Source of the DNA: Candidatus Enterenecus stercoripullorum
Lineage (GTDB): Bacteria > Bacillota > Clostridia > Oscillospirales > Oscillospiraceae
Direction of reading: 5' to 3'
Assembly (NCBI GenBank): GCA_018716015.1
Contig: DVKM01000036.1
Location: forward strand, 1,566-65,565
Length of the DNA stretch: 64,000 nt
Shown: positions 18,260 to 27,475 of the stretch, one piece after another
Position numbering within the stretch: the stretch's first letter is position 1
Layout: every line of letters begins with the position of its first letter
Made by a program: the position numbers and the translations under genes
The notes under the pieces: model-generated
Databases searched by the model: none
What the model saw: only the letters and a program-made list of their open reading frames with translations
What the model was told of the DNA's origin: nothing

Positions 18260-18663
18260 GCACCGCACACTCCTGTATTTCGGCTGTTCATGCCTCTGCC
18301 TCCATCTGTATTTCTTGCCAAGCCCGCGGCCTGCCAGTCCGGCAAGCCGGGCCTCTGCCCTCTAGTATACGTTTCTTTCTCTTTCATCGCAATGTACATG
18401 TCTTCCATTTTTTCGTGCTTTCTCACCACCGTTCCCTAAAAACAGACACAATTTTTGACTTCTCCCATCCCCTGCGCTACAATCGTCTTGCCCCATCCGA
18501 TCCCCCCGTTTGAGGTATACGGGAAACGCATACTGAGAAATAGGAAATAGGCATTGGACAAGCGGGGCGGCTTTGCCTATCATGATAGTCAGAGATACAT
18601 GGGGCCGAGACCCAGCGTGCCGGAACAGGCAGCCCCCGGAAATCAGCTGAAAGGATAATTCTC

Positions 18664-19101
18664 ATGAAAATCCCTGAAAAAGACGCATTTGACCAGCAAA
18701 ACTGCTTCGGACTCGGGCAGGCCAACACAGCCTACGCCCAATACTTTATTGGAAACTCCTACCTGAACCCGCTGACCAAGCCGGGGGAGTGTCCGGTGTT
18801 CCTGGCCAACGTGTCCTTTGAGCCCGGTTGCCGGAACAACTGGCACATTCACCGGGCAAAATCCGGCGGCGGCCAGATCCTGATCTGCACCTGTGGGGAG
18901 GGCTGGTATCAGGAGGAGGGCAAACCCGCCGTGAGCCTGACCCCAGGCACGGTGATCGTCATCCCCGCCAACGTGAAACACTGGCACGGCGCCAAGCAGG
19001 ACAGCTGGTTCAGCCACATCGCCTTGGAGGTTCCCGGAGAGGAGACGTCCAGCGAATGGCTGGAAGCTGTGGATGACGCGGCCTACCGCGCGCTGGGCTG
19101 A
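18664..19101 (+). CDS. Cupin-domain protein
   Basis: NVSFEPGCRNNWHIH...GGQIL and IPANVKHWHGA motifs. Confidence 0.9.
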   Translation: MKIPEKDAFDQQNCFGLGQANTAYAQYFIGNSYLNPLTKPGECPVFLANVSFEPGCRNNWHIHRAKSGGGQILICTCGEGWYQEEGKPAVSLTPGTVIVIPANVKHWHGAKQDSWFSHIALEVPGEETSSEWLEAVDDAAYRALG

Positions 19102-19236
19102 GGACGGCCCCGGTTTCTTCTTCCCCTGCGGTTTCATGGTTTCAGACATGCTCCGTGGAGTTGGCAAGTGGAAAGATGGGCAAACAGCATCCATACAAAC
19201 ATGCATCCCAGGGCAGCCCGGATTTTTACCCATAGC

Positions 19237-19311
19237 TCAAAATGATTCCAAAAAAGTGATGGAGACTTGTCATCCAAACAAGTCTCCATCACTTTTGTTT
19301 TGGAATTTTGA
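19237..19311. terminator. Long AT-rich inverted repeat / bidirectional terminator
   Basis: CTCAAAAT..TTCCAAAAAAGTGATGGAGACTTGT / ACAAGTCTCCATCACTTTT..TTGGAATTTTGAG. Confidence 0.6.
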
Positions 19312-19368
19312 GAGCATGCTAGTTTACCGCAGGCCCGTTTCTCAAAATGCTCTGTTTCGCAATACCGC

Positions 19369-20643
19369 TTACACCCCGGCCAGGGCCTGCTCCACGTCGG
19401 CGATCAGGTCGTCCAGGTCCTCCAGTCCCACCGACAGGCGGATCAGATCGGGGCCCACCCCGGCGGCCTCCAGCTCCTGGTCATTCATCTGCCGGTGGGT
19501 GGCGCTGGCGGGATGGAGCACACAGGTCTTGGCGTCCGCCACATGGGTGGCAATGGAGCACAACTTCAATCCCGCCATGAACCGCTCCGCCGCGGCCCGG
19601 CCGCCCTTCACCCCGAAGGACACCACGCCGCTGGCTCCCCGGGACAAATACTTCTGGGCCAACTCGTAATATTTGTCACCGGGCAGGCCGGGATAGCGCA
19701 CCCAGGCCACCTTGGGGTGGCTCTGGAGAAACTCCGCCATCCCCAGACCGTTCTGGCTGTGCCGGGCCATGCGCAGGGGCAGGGTCTCCATACCCATGCC
19801 CAGCAGCCACGCGTTCATGGGCGCGGGGGAGGCGCCGAAGTCCCGCATCAGCTGGGCTACCGCCTTGGTGATGTACGCGCCCCCCTGGCCGAACTTCTTG
19901 GTGTAGGTGATGCCATGATAGCTCTCATCGGGGGTGGTCAGGCCAGGGTACTTGTGGGCGTGAGCCTCCCAGTCGAAGTTCCCCGAGTCCACAATGGCGC
20001 CCCCCACGGCGGCGGCGTGGCCGTCCAGGTACTTGGTGGTGGAGTGGATGACGATGTCCGCCCCCCACTGGAAGGGCCGGCAGCCCCAGGGTGTAGCGAA
20101 GGTGTTGTCCACGATGAGGGGCACTCCATGTCCATGGGCCGCCTTGGCAAACTTCTCAATGTCCAGCACCGTCAGGGCGGGGTTGGCGATGGTCTCGCCG
20201 AACAGGGCCTTGGTATTGGGCTGGAAGGCGGCGTTGAGTTCCTCCAGCGTGCAGTCGGGGTCCACAAAGGTAAAGTCGATGCCCATGCGCTTCATGGTGA
20301 CGGCAAACAGGTTATAAGTGCCCCCGTAGATGGTGGAGGAACACACCACATGATCCCCGGCGGAAGCGATATTGAAGATGGAAAAGAAGGATGCGGCCTG
20401 GCCCGAGGACAGCAGCATAGCCGCCGTCCCCCCCTCCAGTACCCGCAGCCGGTCGGCCACCGCATCGCAGGTGGGGTTTTGCAGGCGGGTATAGAAATAG
20501 CCCGAGGCCTCCAGGTCGAAGAGCTTGCCCATATCCTCGCTGGTCTCATACCGGAAGGTGGTGGACTGGATGATTGGGATGTTTCTGGGCTCCCCATTTC
20601 CAGGCCGGTATCCGGCGTGGAGGCAGTTGGTGTCAAAGTTCAT
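19369..20643 (-). CDS. metY: O-acetylhomoserine/O-acetylserine sulfhydrylase (PLP)
   Basis: YTRLQNPT, SSGQAA, VDNTFA, HSTTKYLDGH and IRLSVGLED motifs. Confidence 0.88.
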   Translation of the reverse strand: MNFDTNCLHAGYRPGNGEPRNIPIIQSTTFRYETSEDMGKLFDLEASGYFYTRLQNPTCDAVADRLRVLEGGTAAMLLSSGQAASFFSIFNIASAGDHVVCSSTIYGGTYNLFAVTMKRMGIDFTFVDPDCTLEELNAAFQPNTKALFGETIANPALTVLDIEKFAKAAHGHGVPLIVDNTFATPWGCRPFQWGADIVIHSTTKYLDGHAAAVGGAIVDSGNFDWEAHAHKYPGLTTPDESYHGITYTKKFGQGGAYITKAVAQLMRDFGASPAPMNAWLLGMGMETLPLRMARHSQNGLGMAEFLQSHPKVAWVRYPGLPGDKYYELAQKYLSRGASGVVSFGVKGGRAAAERFMAGLKLCSIATHVADAKTCVLHPASATHRQMNDQELEAAGVGPDLIRLSVGLEDLDDLIADVEQALAGV

Positions 20644-20707
20644 GTCGGTTCATCCTTTCTGGTATCTGGTTCTGCCCCTCAGGGGGCGGTATATACAGCC
20701 AGGCCCG

Positions 20708-21601
20708 TTACTCCAGCTCAGACAGGGGTCCGTCCAGGTGTAATTGGCCGTATTCTTCCAGCTGTGTCCCCTCTGCCAGCAGCTGCACCCCGTCCACCGT
20801 GTCCAGGCTGCATAGGGTGTTGATGATGGAGTAGACCACCAGCCCCTGCTCTGCCCGGCTGTCCGGGATCCCCTCGAGCAACCGGGCGGAAAAGTCCGCG
20901 TAGCACACGCCGTTTTCCACCCGCACCGACCGGATCTCCAGTCCCTGAGGAAGCACGGGGCTCAGCCCCTCATCCTGGGGTCCCTCCAGCAGCGCCTCCA
21001 GCACCGTCAGGGCGGGTGTGTCATCCTCGGTGAGCTGGAACACCCGCAGCTCATAGCCCAGCTCCTGGGTTCCCGACCGGCGGAAATACAGGGCGGCGGA
21101 CAGTTCCACCGGCTCCTCCTCCACCCCGGAGAGGACCACGTCGCCGGCGTACAGCACCCGCCCCTCCCGGCCGCCCGGCTGGCTGCCGTTGACGGTGATG
21201 GCCACCCCCTCCACCTCCTCCAGCTGGGTGAGGGTCAGGGTAATGCAGTAGTCGGCCAGGGTCAGGTCCACCCCCACCAGGTCCCCGTAGGGCTGGGACA
21301 GGTCCACATGGGCCACCCCGTCCTCCAGCGACCAGTCCAGCAGCCGGGTACCGGCGGGGATGGCGCTGGCCAGTCCGCCCCCCGCCTCCGGACCGCCCAA
21401 CAGAGCCTGCATCAGGGCGGGGATTGTCCCCTCCCCCTGGTAGGGCTGGGTAGCCAGGGCAGCGGTGGCCGTCTCCCGGACAGACTGGTCCGCGGCAAAC
21501 CACAGCGCCAGCCCCTGCGCTCCCCGCTCTTCTGGGGCGCAGGCTGAAAGCGGGCCCAGGCAAGCCGCAGCGGCCAGCAACAGGCACAGAACTCTCCTCA
21601 T
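20708..21601 (-). CDS. GerMN-domain lipoprotein (two GerMN repeats)
   Basis: Lipobox LSAC; repeated LL.GP...P.G...V.V.D.S...I..TL..L..V.GV pattern. Confidence 0.85.
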   Translation of the reverse strand: MRRVLCLLLAAAACLGPLSACAPEERGAQGLALWFAADQSVRETATAALATQPYQGEGTIPALMQALLGGPEAGGGLASAIPAGTRLLDWSLEDGVAHVDLSQPYGDLVGVDLTLADYCITLTLTQLEEVEGVAITVNGSQPGGREGRVLYAGDVVLSGVEEEPVELSAALYFRRSGTQELGYELRVFQLTEDDTPALTVLEALLEGPQDEGLSPVLPQGLEIRSVRVENGVCYADFSARLLEGIPDSRAEQGLVVYSIINTLCSLDTVDGVQLLAEGTQLEEYGQLHLDGPLSELE

Positions 21602-23064
21602 GTCGGGTTCACCTCCTGACCCAGGGCGGGAAATCTGGCCTCAAACCGGGTGCCCTTCCCTCCGGCCCCAGCCTGGACTGTGATATCCCCCCAATGCAAC
21701 CGGGCAGTGTCCCGGGCGATGGACAACCCCAGCCCGGTGCCGCCTGCAGCCCGGGACCGGGCCTTATCCACCCGGTAGAAGCGATCGAAGATCTTGGGTC
21801 TGTCCTCCTCCGGGATACCCACGCCGGTGTCCTCCACGATGAGGCACACCTGGTCCTCCTCGTGGCACACCGTCACCTCCACCCGGCCGCCGGGCAAATT
21901 GTATTTGATGGCATTCTCCATCAGGTTGAAGGCCACCTGGTACAGGTCATCCTCGGTGGCCAGAAGAGCACAGGCCGGCTCCAGGGTACACTTCAGCTCC
22001 ACATTCACCGCCTGGGCCAGGGGCCGGAGCATGTGGGCCACCCGCTCCACCACGGGTCCCAGCTCCACCGGCTCCTGGGGCCGTTCCGGATCGGCGTCCA
22101 GCCGAGTGAGGGTGAGCAGACGCTCGCTGATCCGGGTCAGCCGGTCCGCCTCCTCCCCGATGTCCTCCACGAACTCCCGCACCGTGTCCATGTCCACGTC
22201 TGGATTTTGCAGGATGGAGTCGGTGAGCAGCCGGATGGAGGCCAGGGGGGTCTTCAGCTCATGGGAGGCGTCGGACACAAAGCGCCGGCGCACCTCCTCG
22301 GTGGTCTGCAACCGGTCGGTGAGCTGGTTGAACTCGGTGGCCAACTGGGCCATCTCGTCCTTACCCCGGGGCTCCACCCGGTGGCTGTACTCCCCCTCCC
22401 GCACCCGGCGGATGGCCCCCAGCAGCAGAGAGGTGTTCCGGGTCAGGGCCTTGGCCAGGACCAGCGCCAGGACCAGCGCCGCAGCGCAGATCACGGTGGA
22501 GATATAGGCCAGGCCACCCTGGATGGACAGCAGCACCTGCCCCTGCTCCGTATCGTATTCGTAGAGGTAGACCGCTCCCAGGGTCACCCCCCGGTAGACC
22601 ACCGGCACCGCCGCCCGGGACCGGAACGCCTCGTCCCGGTACTCTGACCGGAACACGTCCTCCCCCCGCAGGGCGGCCACCACCTCCCCCATGAGGGCGT
22701 AGTCGCCCTGCCGGTTGTCCAGGGTGGAGCTGTCATAGAGGATGAGGCCCACATCGTCCGTCACCAGCACCCGGGTGACCTGCAGGTCCTCCAGCAGGGT
22801 CATGGCCTGCTCCACCCCCTCCGCGCTCAGGCTCTCAGATACCGCCAGGGCGTTGCCGATGGTGAGGGCCTGGCGTTTCAGAGTATTCTCTTTAGAGGAG
22901 AACACCATATTCTGGGTCATAAACAGCGGGTAGGTGTTCATCACCAGGACGATGGCGGCCACCACCAGCAGATAGGTGAGGGCATATTTGGTCTGGATGC
23001 TGCGCCAAAGAGGCACTTTCCCTTCCTTTCGCCTCAGTTTTTCCCGCTCCCGCTGCAGCTTCAC
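21598..23064 (-). CDS. HAMP-domain sensor histidine kinase
   Basis: Two TM segments; SDASHELKTPL H-box; NAIKY, DTGVGI, FYRVDKARSR and GGTGLGL. Confidence 0.93.
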   Translation of the reverse strand: MKLQREREKLRRKEGKVPLWRSIQTKYALTYLLVVAAIVLVMNTYPLFMTQNMVFSSKENTLKRQALTIGNALAVSESLSAEGVEQAMTLLEDLQVTRVLVTDDVGLILYDSSTLDNRQGDYALMGEVVAALRGEDVFRSEYRDEAFRSRAAVPVVYRGVTLGAVYLYEYDTEQGQVLLSIQGGLAYISTVICAAALVLALVLAKALTRNTSLLLGAIRRVREGEYSHRVEPRGKDEMAQLATEFNQLTDRLQTTEEVRRRFVSDASHELKTPLASIRLLTDSILQNPDVDMDTVREFVEDIGEEADRLTRISERLLTLTRLDADPERPQEPVELGPVVERVAHMLRPLAQAVNVELKCTLEPACALLATEDDLYQVAFNLMENAIKYNLPGGRVEVTVCHEEDQVCLIVEDTGVGIPEEDRPKIFDRFYRVDKARSRAAGGTGLGLSIARDTARLHWGDITVQAGAGGKGTRFEARFPALGQEVNPT

Positions 23065-23109
23065 CGTCCTTCACCTCCCGTGTCAAAAGGCCGCCGCGCA
23101 GGCGGCGCT

Positions 23110-23799
23110 TTATCCATTGCTGAAATAGTACCCCACGCCCCATTTGGTGAGGATATACTCCGGGTTGGCCGGATCGGGTTCCAGCTTCTCCCGCAGGCGG
23201 CGGATGTGTACATCCACCGTGCGAAACTCCCCGATATACTCATAGCCCCATACCAGGTTGAGCAGATTCTCCCGGCTGTACACCCGGCCGGGGTTGCGCA
23301 TCAGCAGCTCGATGAGGTCAAACTCCTTGGCGGTGAGCTCCACGCTCTGCCCGTTTCGCCAGGCGGCCCGCTCGGCGGTGTCGATGGCGATGGCCCCCCG
23401 CTCCAGCCGGTTGGCCCCGCTCTGCTGCTGGGCGGTTTGCCCGGCCCGGCGCAGCAGGGCCCGGATGCGGGCCTTCAGCTCCAGGATGTTGAAGGGCTTG
23501 GTGATATAGTCGTCCGCGCCGCACTCAAAGCCGATGATCTTGTCCGCGTCCTCCCCCCGGGCAGTGAGCATGATGATGGGCACGTTGGAAAACTCCCGGA
23601 TCTTTATGCAGGCCTGGAGCCCGTCGATCTTGGGCATCATCAGATCCAGGATGACGAGGTCAAACTGGCCGACGCGGGCCTTGTCCACCGCCTCCTGACC
23701 GTCATACCCCGTCTCCACCTGATAGCCCTCGTTTTCCAGATTGAACTTGATGCCCTTGACCAGCACCGTCTCGTCGTCCACCACTAAAATCTTCGGCAT
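23110..23799 (-). CDS. OmpR-family response regulator (WalR-like)
   Basis: ILVVDDE, LDLMMP, GADDYITKPF and RTVDVHIRRLREKLE..P..P.YI.T.WGVGY. Confidence 0.93.
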   Translation of the reverse strand: MPKILVVDDETVLVKGIKFNLENEGYQVETGYDGQEAVDKARVGQFDLVILDLMMPKIDGLQACIKIREFSNVPIIMLTARGEDADKIIGFECGADDYITKPFNILELKARIRALLRRAGQTAQQQSGANRLERGAIAIDTAERAAWRNGQSVELTAKEFDLIELLMRNPGRVYSRENLLNLVWGYEYIGEFRTVDVHIRRLREKLEPDPANPEYILTKWGVGYYFSNG

Positions 23800-23847
23800 A
23801 GCTTCCTCCATGCGCCCTCCGGCGCGCTCCTTTTGTCTCCCCGGGGG

Positions 23848-24201
23848 TCATTCGTCCCCCACTGTCACCAGATCCATGAGTTTCTCCAGGATTCCCTCTC
23901 CGATTCCGGAGACGTAGATCAGCTCTTCCACGTAGCGGAAGGGACCGTGCTCCTCCCGGTAGTCCAGAATTGCCTGAGCACGGGCGGGACCAATGCCCGG
24001 CAGGGCGTCCAGCTCCTCCAGCCCGGCGGTGTTAAGGTTGACCCGCCCCTGGGTCGCCGCCTGGGATTGTACCGGCGGCGGGGAGGGCAGCAGGGCAAGG
24101 GGCTCCGGAGTCAGCTGGCCCATGGCAAAACAGACCGTCATAGCGCACAGGGCCAGGGCCGTCACCAGACCGGCCCATCCTCTCCACAGCCGTTTTCCCA
24201 T
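23848..24201 (-). CDS. comEA: ComEA-family helix-hairpin-helix DNA-binding membrane protein
   Basis: N-terminal TM; VNLNTA...LPGIGP.RA..I..YRE..GPF...VSGIG. Confidence 0.85.
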   Translation of the reverse strand: MGKRLWRGWAGLVTALALCAMTVCFAMGQLTPEPLALLPSPPPVQSQAATQGRVNLNTAGLEELDALPGIGPARAQAILDYREEHGPFRYVEELIYVSGIGEGILEKLMDLVTVGDE

Positions 24202-24365
24202 TTTTCCGCCTGCCTGTTTTTCCCCCATTGCGCCCCGGGTTCCTTTCTGCTATAATTATGTTATTATGTAGCCTTTCGAGCCGCCAGCCCTGCTTCAGCG
24301 GCAGCTCTGCCTTAGCTGAAAAAGAGACAGCATGGATATTATACCATAGATTGCGGGAGATTCCT

Positions 24366-25742
24366 ATGAAAAAATATCGCTTCTTTGCCCTGCTGCTGGC
24401 CGTGGCCCTTTCCCTGTCCCTCACCGTCCCGGCCATGGCCCTGGACGACCCCCAACCCAACTGCGGCGCGGCCATCGTGGTGGACGGGGACCATGACGAG
24501 GTGCTCTATGCCTATCACGCCTATGAGAAGATGTACCCCGCCTCCGTCACCAAGATCATGACCTCCCTGGTGGTGCTGGAGGCGGTGGATCACGGCGAAC
24601 TGAGCCTGGACACGCCCATCACCGCCTCCCAGCAGGCGGTGACCCTGCCCGAGGGCAGCTCCACCGCCGGCATCTTGGCCGGAGAGATCCTCACGGTGGA
24701 GCAGCTGCTCTACTGCGACCTGGTACCCTCCGCCAACGAGGCCTGCAACATCCTGGCCGAGGCGGTGGCGGGCAGCAACGAGGCCTTTGTGGAACGGATG
24801 AACGCCAAGGCTCAGCAGCTGGGTATGACGGGCACCCATTTCACCAATCCCCACGGCCTGCACGACCCGGACCACTACACCACCGCCTACGACATCTATC
24901 TCATGGCCAAGGCCGCCATGGAGTACGATATCTTCCGCACCATTGTGTCCACCGCTACATATACCCTGCCGGCCACCAACCTGTCTGAGGCGCGGGTGCT
25001 GCACTCCACCAACTCCCTGATCAGCAACTGGAACGTCATTGGCTACCAGTACAGCAAGGCCATCGGCATCAAGACCGGCTACACCGGGGAGGCGGGCCGC
25101 TGCCTGGCTGCCGCGGCGGTGGATGACGGGCGCACTTTTTACAGCGTGGTTCTGGGCGCGGAAAACGTAGTGAACGAGGACAACACCGTGACCTACTACT
25201 CCTTTGAGGAGACCATCCGCCTGCTGGAGTGGGCCTTTGACAACTTTGAACGCATGACCCTGCTGGACGAGAACTCGGAGAACGTGATCCGGGAAGTGGC
25301 CGTCACCCTGTCTGACGAGACCGACTTTGTGCTGGCCCAGCCTGTGGGCTCCATTGAGGCCACCATGCCCAGCGACTACGACCCGGCCAAGGCAGAGCTG
25401 CGCATCGACCTGCCGGAATCCATCCAGGCCCCCGTCACCGCGGGGCAGGAGCTGGGCACCGTCTCATTGGTGTACGACGGCGTCACCTACGGCACCCTGC
25501 CCATGGTGGCCGCCGACTCGGTGGAGCGCTCCGATTTCCTGTACACCGTCCAGATGGCCCAGGAGTACTGGTCCAAGTGGTGGGTGAAAGCCCTGGTCAT
25601 CCTGGTCATCGTCCTGATCGTGGTTCTAATTCTCTACCTGGCCCTCATCCGCCCCCGCCGCCGCAGGGGCGGGCGGCGGTACAGCTACTCCGGCAGCGGC
25701 CGGCGCAGGGACTCCACCTACCGGGGGCGGCGCAGAAGATAA
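24366..25742 (+). CDS. D-alanyl-D-alanine carboxypeptidase (S11) with C-terminal TM and Arg-rich tail
   Basis: Signal peptide; SVTK, SAN and KTG motifs; NPHGL. Confidence 0.93.
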   Translation: MKKYRFFALLLAVALSLSLTVPAMALDDPQPNCGAAIVVDGDHDEVLYAYHAYEKMYPASVTKIMTSLVVLEAVDHGELSLDTPITASQQAVTLPEGSSTAGILAGEILTVEQLLYCDLVPSANEACNILAEAVAGSNEAFVERMNAKAQQLGMTGTHFTNPHGLHDPDHYTTAYDIYLMAKAAMEYDIFRTIVSTATYTLPATNLSEARVLHSTNSLISNWNVIGYQYSKAIGIKTGYTGEAGRCLAAAAVDDGRTFYSVVLGAENVVNEDNTVTYYSFEETIRLLEWAFDNFERMTLLDENSENVIREVAVTLSDETDFVLAQPVGSIEATMPSDYDPAKAELRIDLPESIQAPVTAGQELGTVSLVYDGVTYGTLPMVAADSVERSDFLYTVQMAQEYWSKWWVKALVILVIVLIVVLILYLALIRPRRRRGGRRYSYSGSGRRRDSTYRGRRRR

Positions 25743-25869
25743 ACAGTTTCCCCCTTAATTTCCCCGGCCTCCCATGTGATGGCCGGGGAAATCTTTTCCA
25801 TTCACAAAAACTTCATAAAAGGTTCTCAAATTATCCAACATTTCACCTCTCCCCTCTGGTACTATAACC

Positions 25870-26022
25870 TCGTCAGGAAGAAGAAGCCAGACAAATCTTT
25901 GAATCCTCCCTCTCTCTTTTCTCAAAACCGGAGCGCCCCGGCGGGGCCGGGGCCCTCCGGACCAAATCCCCCGAAGCCTGTTCAGGCTCCGTTTCGCCGT
26001 CCGCAAGGGCGGCTTTTATTTT
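25870..26022 (+). ncRNA. Candidate ~150-nt CU-rich small RNA
   Basis: Extended -10 TGGTACTAT (25857-25865); CU tracts; terminator GCCGTCC-GCAA-GGGCGGC-TTTTATTTT; no credible ORF. Confidence 0.5.
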
Positions 26023-26174
26023 GTCTAAAGCTACCCTGTGGATTTTTCTGGAAAAGGACATCTGCGGGCTTGACAGAGTGGTCTAAATTCTGTAGACTCA
26101 AAGATAGATACAGACTTATGTATACCTGCACCCCAACCCAGCGCATGGCAAATCTAAAAAAGCGGGTGATCCCA

Positions 26175-27428
26175 GTGAAAGGCAAACGTGTACTTCCCTC
26201 CTCTGGACCTACATCTGCGCCCCGACGTCGGCAGCGCATCCCCAGGCGGGCCAAAACGGCAATCGCACTGCTCTCCGGGGCGCTGTCCCTGTGCATCGGG
26301 ATCATTGGGGCCCTGGGCAACCTGTACCTTACCCAGCTGCGTCAGAATCAGTTTTCCAAGAATGTGGTGTTCTCCCAGAACTACTCTTTGCGCAACGCCC
26401 TGCTGGACATCGGGGAGGCGTCCCATCATGAGACTCCTGAAGACATCAGCCTCTTTGAAGATGATCCTTATCTGGTGCTGGAGGTCTTCCAATCCCATCT
26501 CGTCCGGCTGACCGATCTGCGGGCCCTGCGGGAACCTGGAGAGGACCTCACCTCCCTTCACGCTCTGTATATCGCTCTCTGGGAATCCCCGGACAGCGCC
26601 GCGCTGGTCTTTGACCTGCTGGTAAACCTCAGCTATGGCATGGAGCTCACTGCCGGTGAAGCGGTAACAGCCCTGTCCGCCTCTCTAAACGATTCTGCTC
26701 AGTATCTGTGTAGCTTCTTCGGAGTTGCCCAGGACTTTACAGACACGATCGCCACCGCGTTGTCTCTCACCGCCCACACGGCTCAGGTGGACGTGGAGCC
26801 GGTGTGCCAGCTGCCAGAGTACCCCAACGGCTGCGAGTCCGCCTCGGCGGTGAGTCTGCTGCGTTCCATCGGGGTGGACATCTCCCTGAGGGGATTCGTA
26901 GACGAGTATCTTCCCAAGCAGGACGTACGCATCTCCTTCGGCTGCTGCTACGGCCCCGATCCCCAGCAGTACTATGCCGGCAACCCGGATGCCGGGCAGG
27001 GGGGCTGGGGCTGCTTTGCCCCGGTAATCGTCAGTGCCCTGAAGGCCGCTCTGCCCCAGGGCTCCGGCTACACTGTTTGCAACCTGTCCGGGGTGGATCT
27101 GGAGGAACTGTCCCTCTACCTAAGCTTCGGTGTCCCCGTGGCCGTCTGGACCACCACCGATGGCAAAATTGCCAACGAGTTTTACCAGTGGCAGAGCTAC
27201 GACCAGACCCAGACCTACCTTTACCCCAAGAACCAGCACTGCGTGGTGCTGTGCGGTGTCCGTCCCGACCCGGGCACTGGCTCTGCCCTGTACCGGTATA
27301 TGGATCCCCTCACCAGCCAGGTAGAGGAGATGGGGGCGGAGCAGCTGTCCGCCTGCTACACCTCCATGGGCTGTCAAGCAGTGGCCCTGCTTCCCGATGC
27401 CCTGGCGGACTGTATCTGCTGCGCATGA
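26175..27428 (+). CDS. Membrane-anchored C39-like (papain-fold) peptidase
   Basis: TTGACA-N17-TAGACT promoter (26070-26098); N-terminal TM; Q.PEYPNGCESAS, QHCVVLCG and DPL motifs. Start approximate. Confidence 0.8.
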   Translation: MKGKRVLPSSGPTSAPRRRQRIPRRAKTAIALLSGALSLCIGIIGALGNLYLTQLRQNQFSKNVVFSQNYSLRNALLDIGEASHHETPEDISLFEDDPYLVLEVFQSHLVRLTDLRALREPGEDLTSLHALYIALWESPDSAALVFDLLVNLSYGMELTAGEAVTALSASLNDSAQYLCSFFGVAQDFTDTIATALSLTAHTAQVDVEPVCQLPEYPNGCESASAVSLLRSIGVDISLRGFVDEYLPKQDVRISFGCCYGPDPQQYYAGNPDAGQGGWGCFAPVIVSALKAALPQGSGYTVCNLSGVDLEELSLYLSFGVPVAVWTTTDGKIANEFYQWQSYDQTQTYLYPKNQHCVVLCGVRPDPGTGSALYRYMDPLTSQVEEMGAEQLSACYTSMGCQAVALLPDALADCICCA

Positions 27429-27474
27429 CAAATCACACCTCCCCAGCTTTTCGCTGGAGAGGTGTGATTTGTCT
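27427..27474. terminator. Hairpin terminator between convergent genes
   Basis: GACAAATCACACCTC.CCAGC...GCTGG.GAGGTGTGATTTGTC. Confidence 0.7.
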
Positions 27475-27475
27475 C

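Noticed and set aside
20644-20707. SAM riboswitch before metY
   Set aside because: The intergenic gap is only ~64 nt and has no S-box consensus.
25776-26174. N-terminal extension of the C39 ORF shown in the ORF track
   Set aside because: It spans a terminator and a strong internal promoter, so the real start is likely the GTG at 26175.
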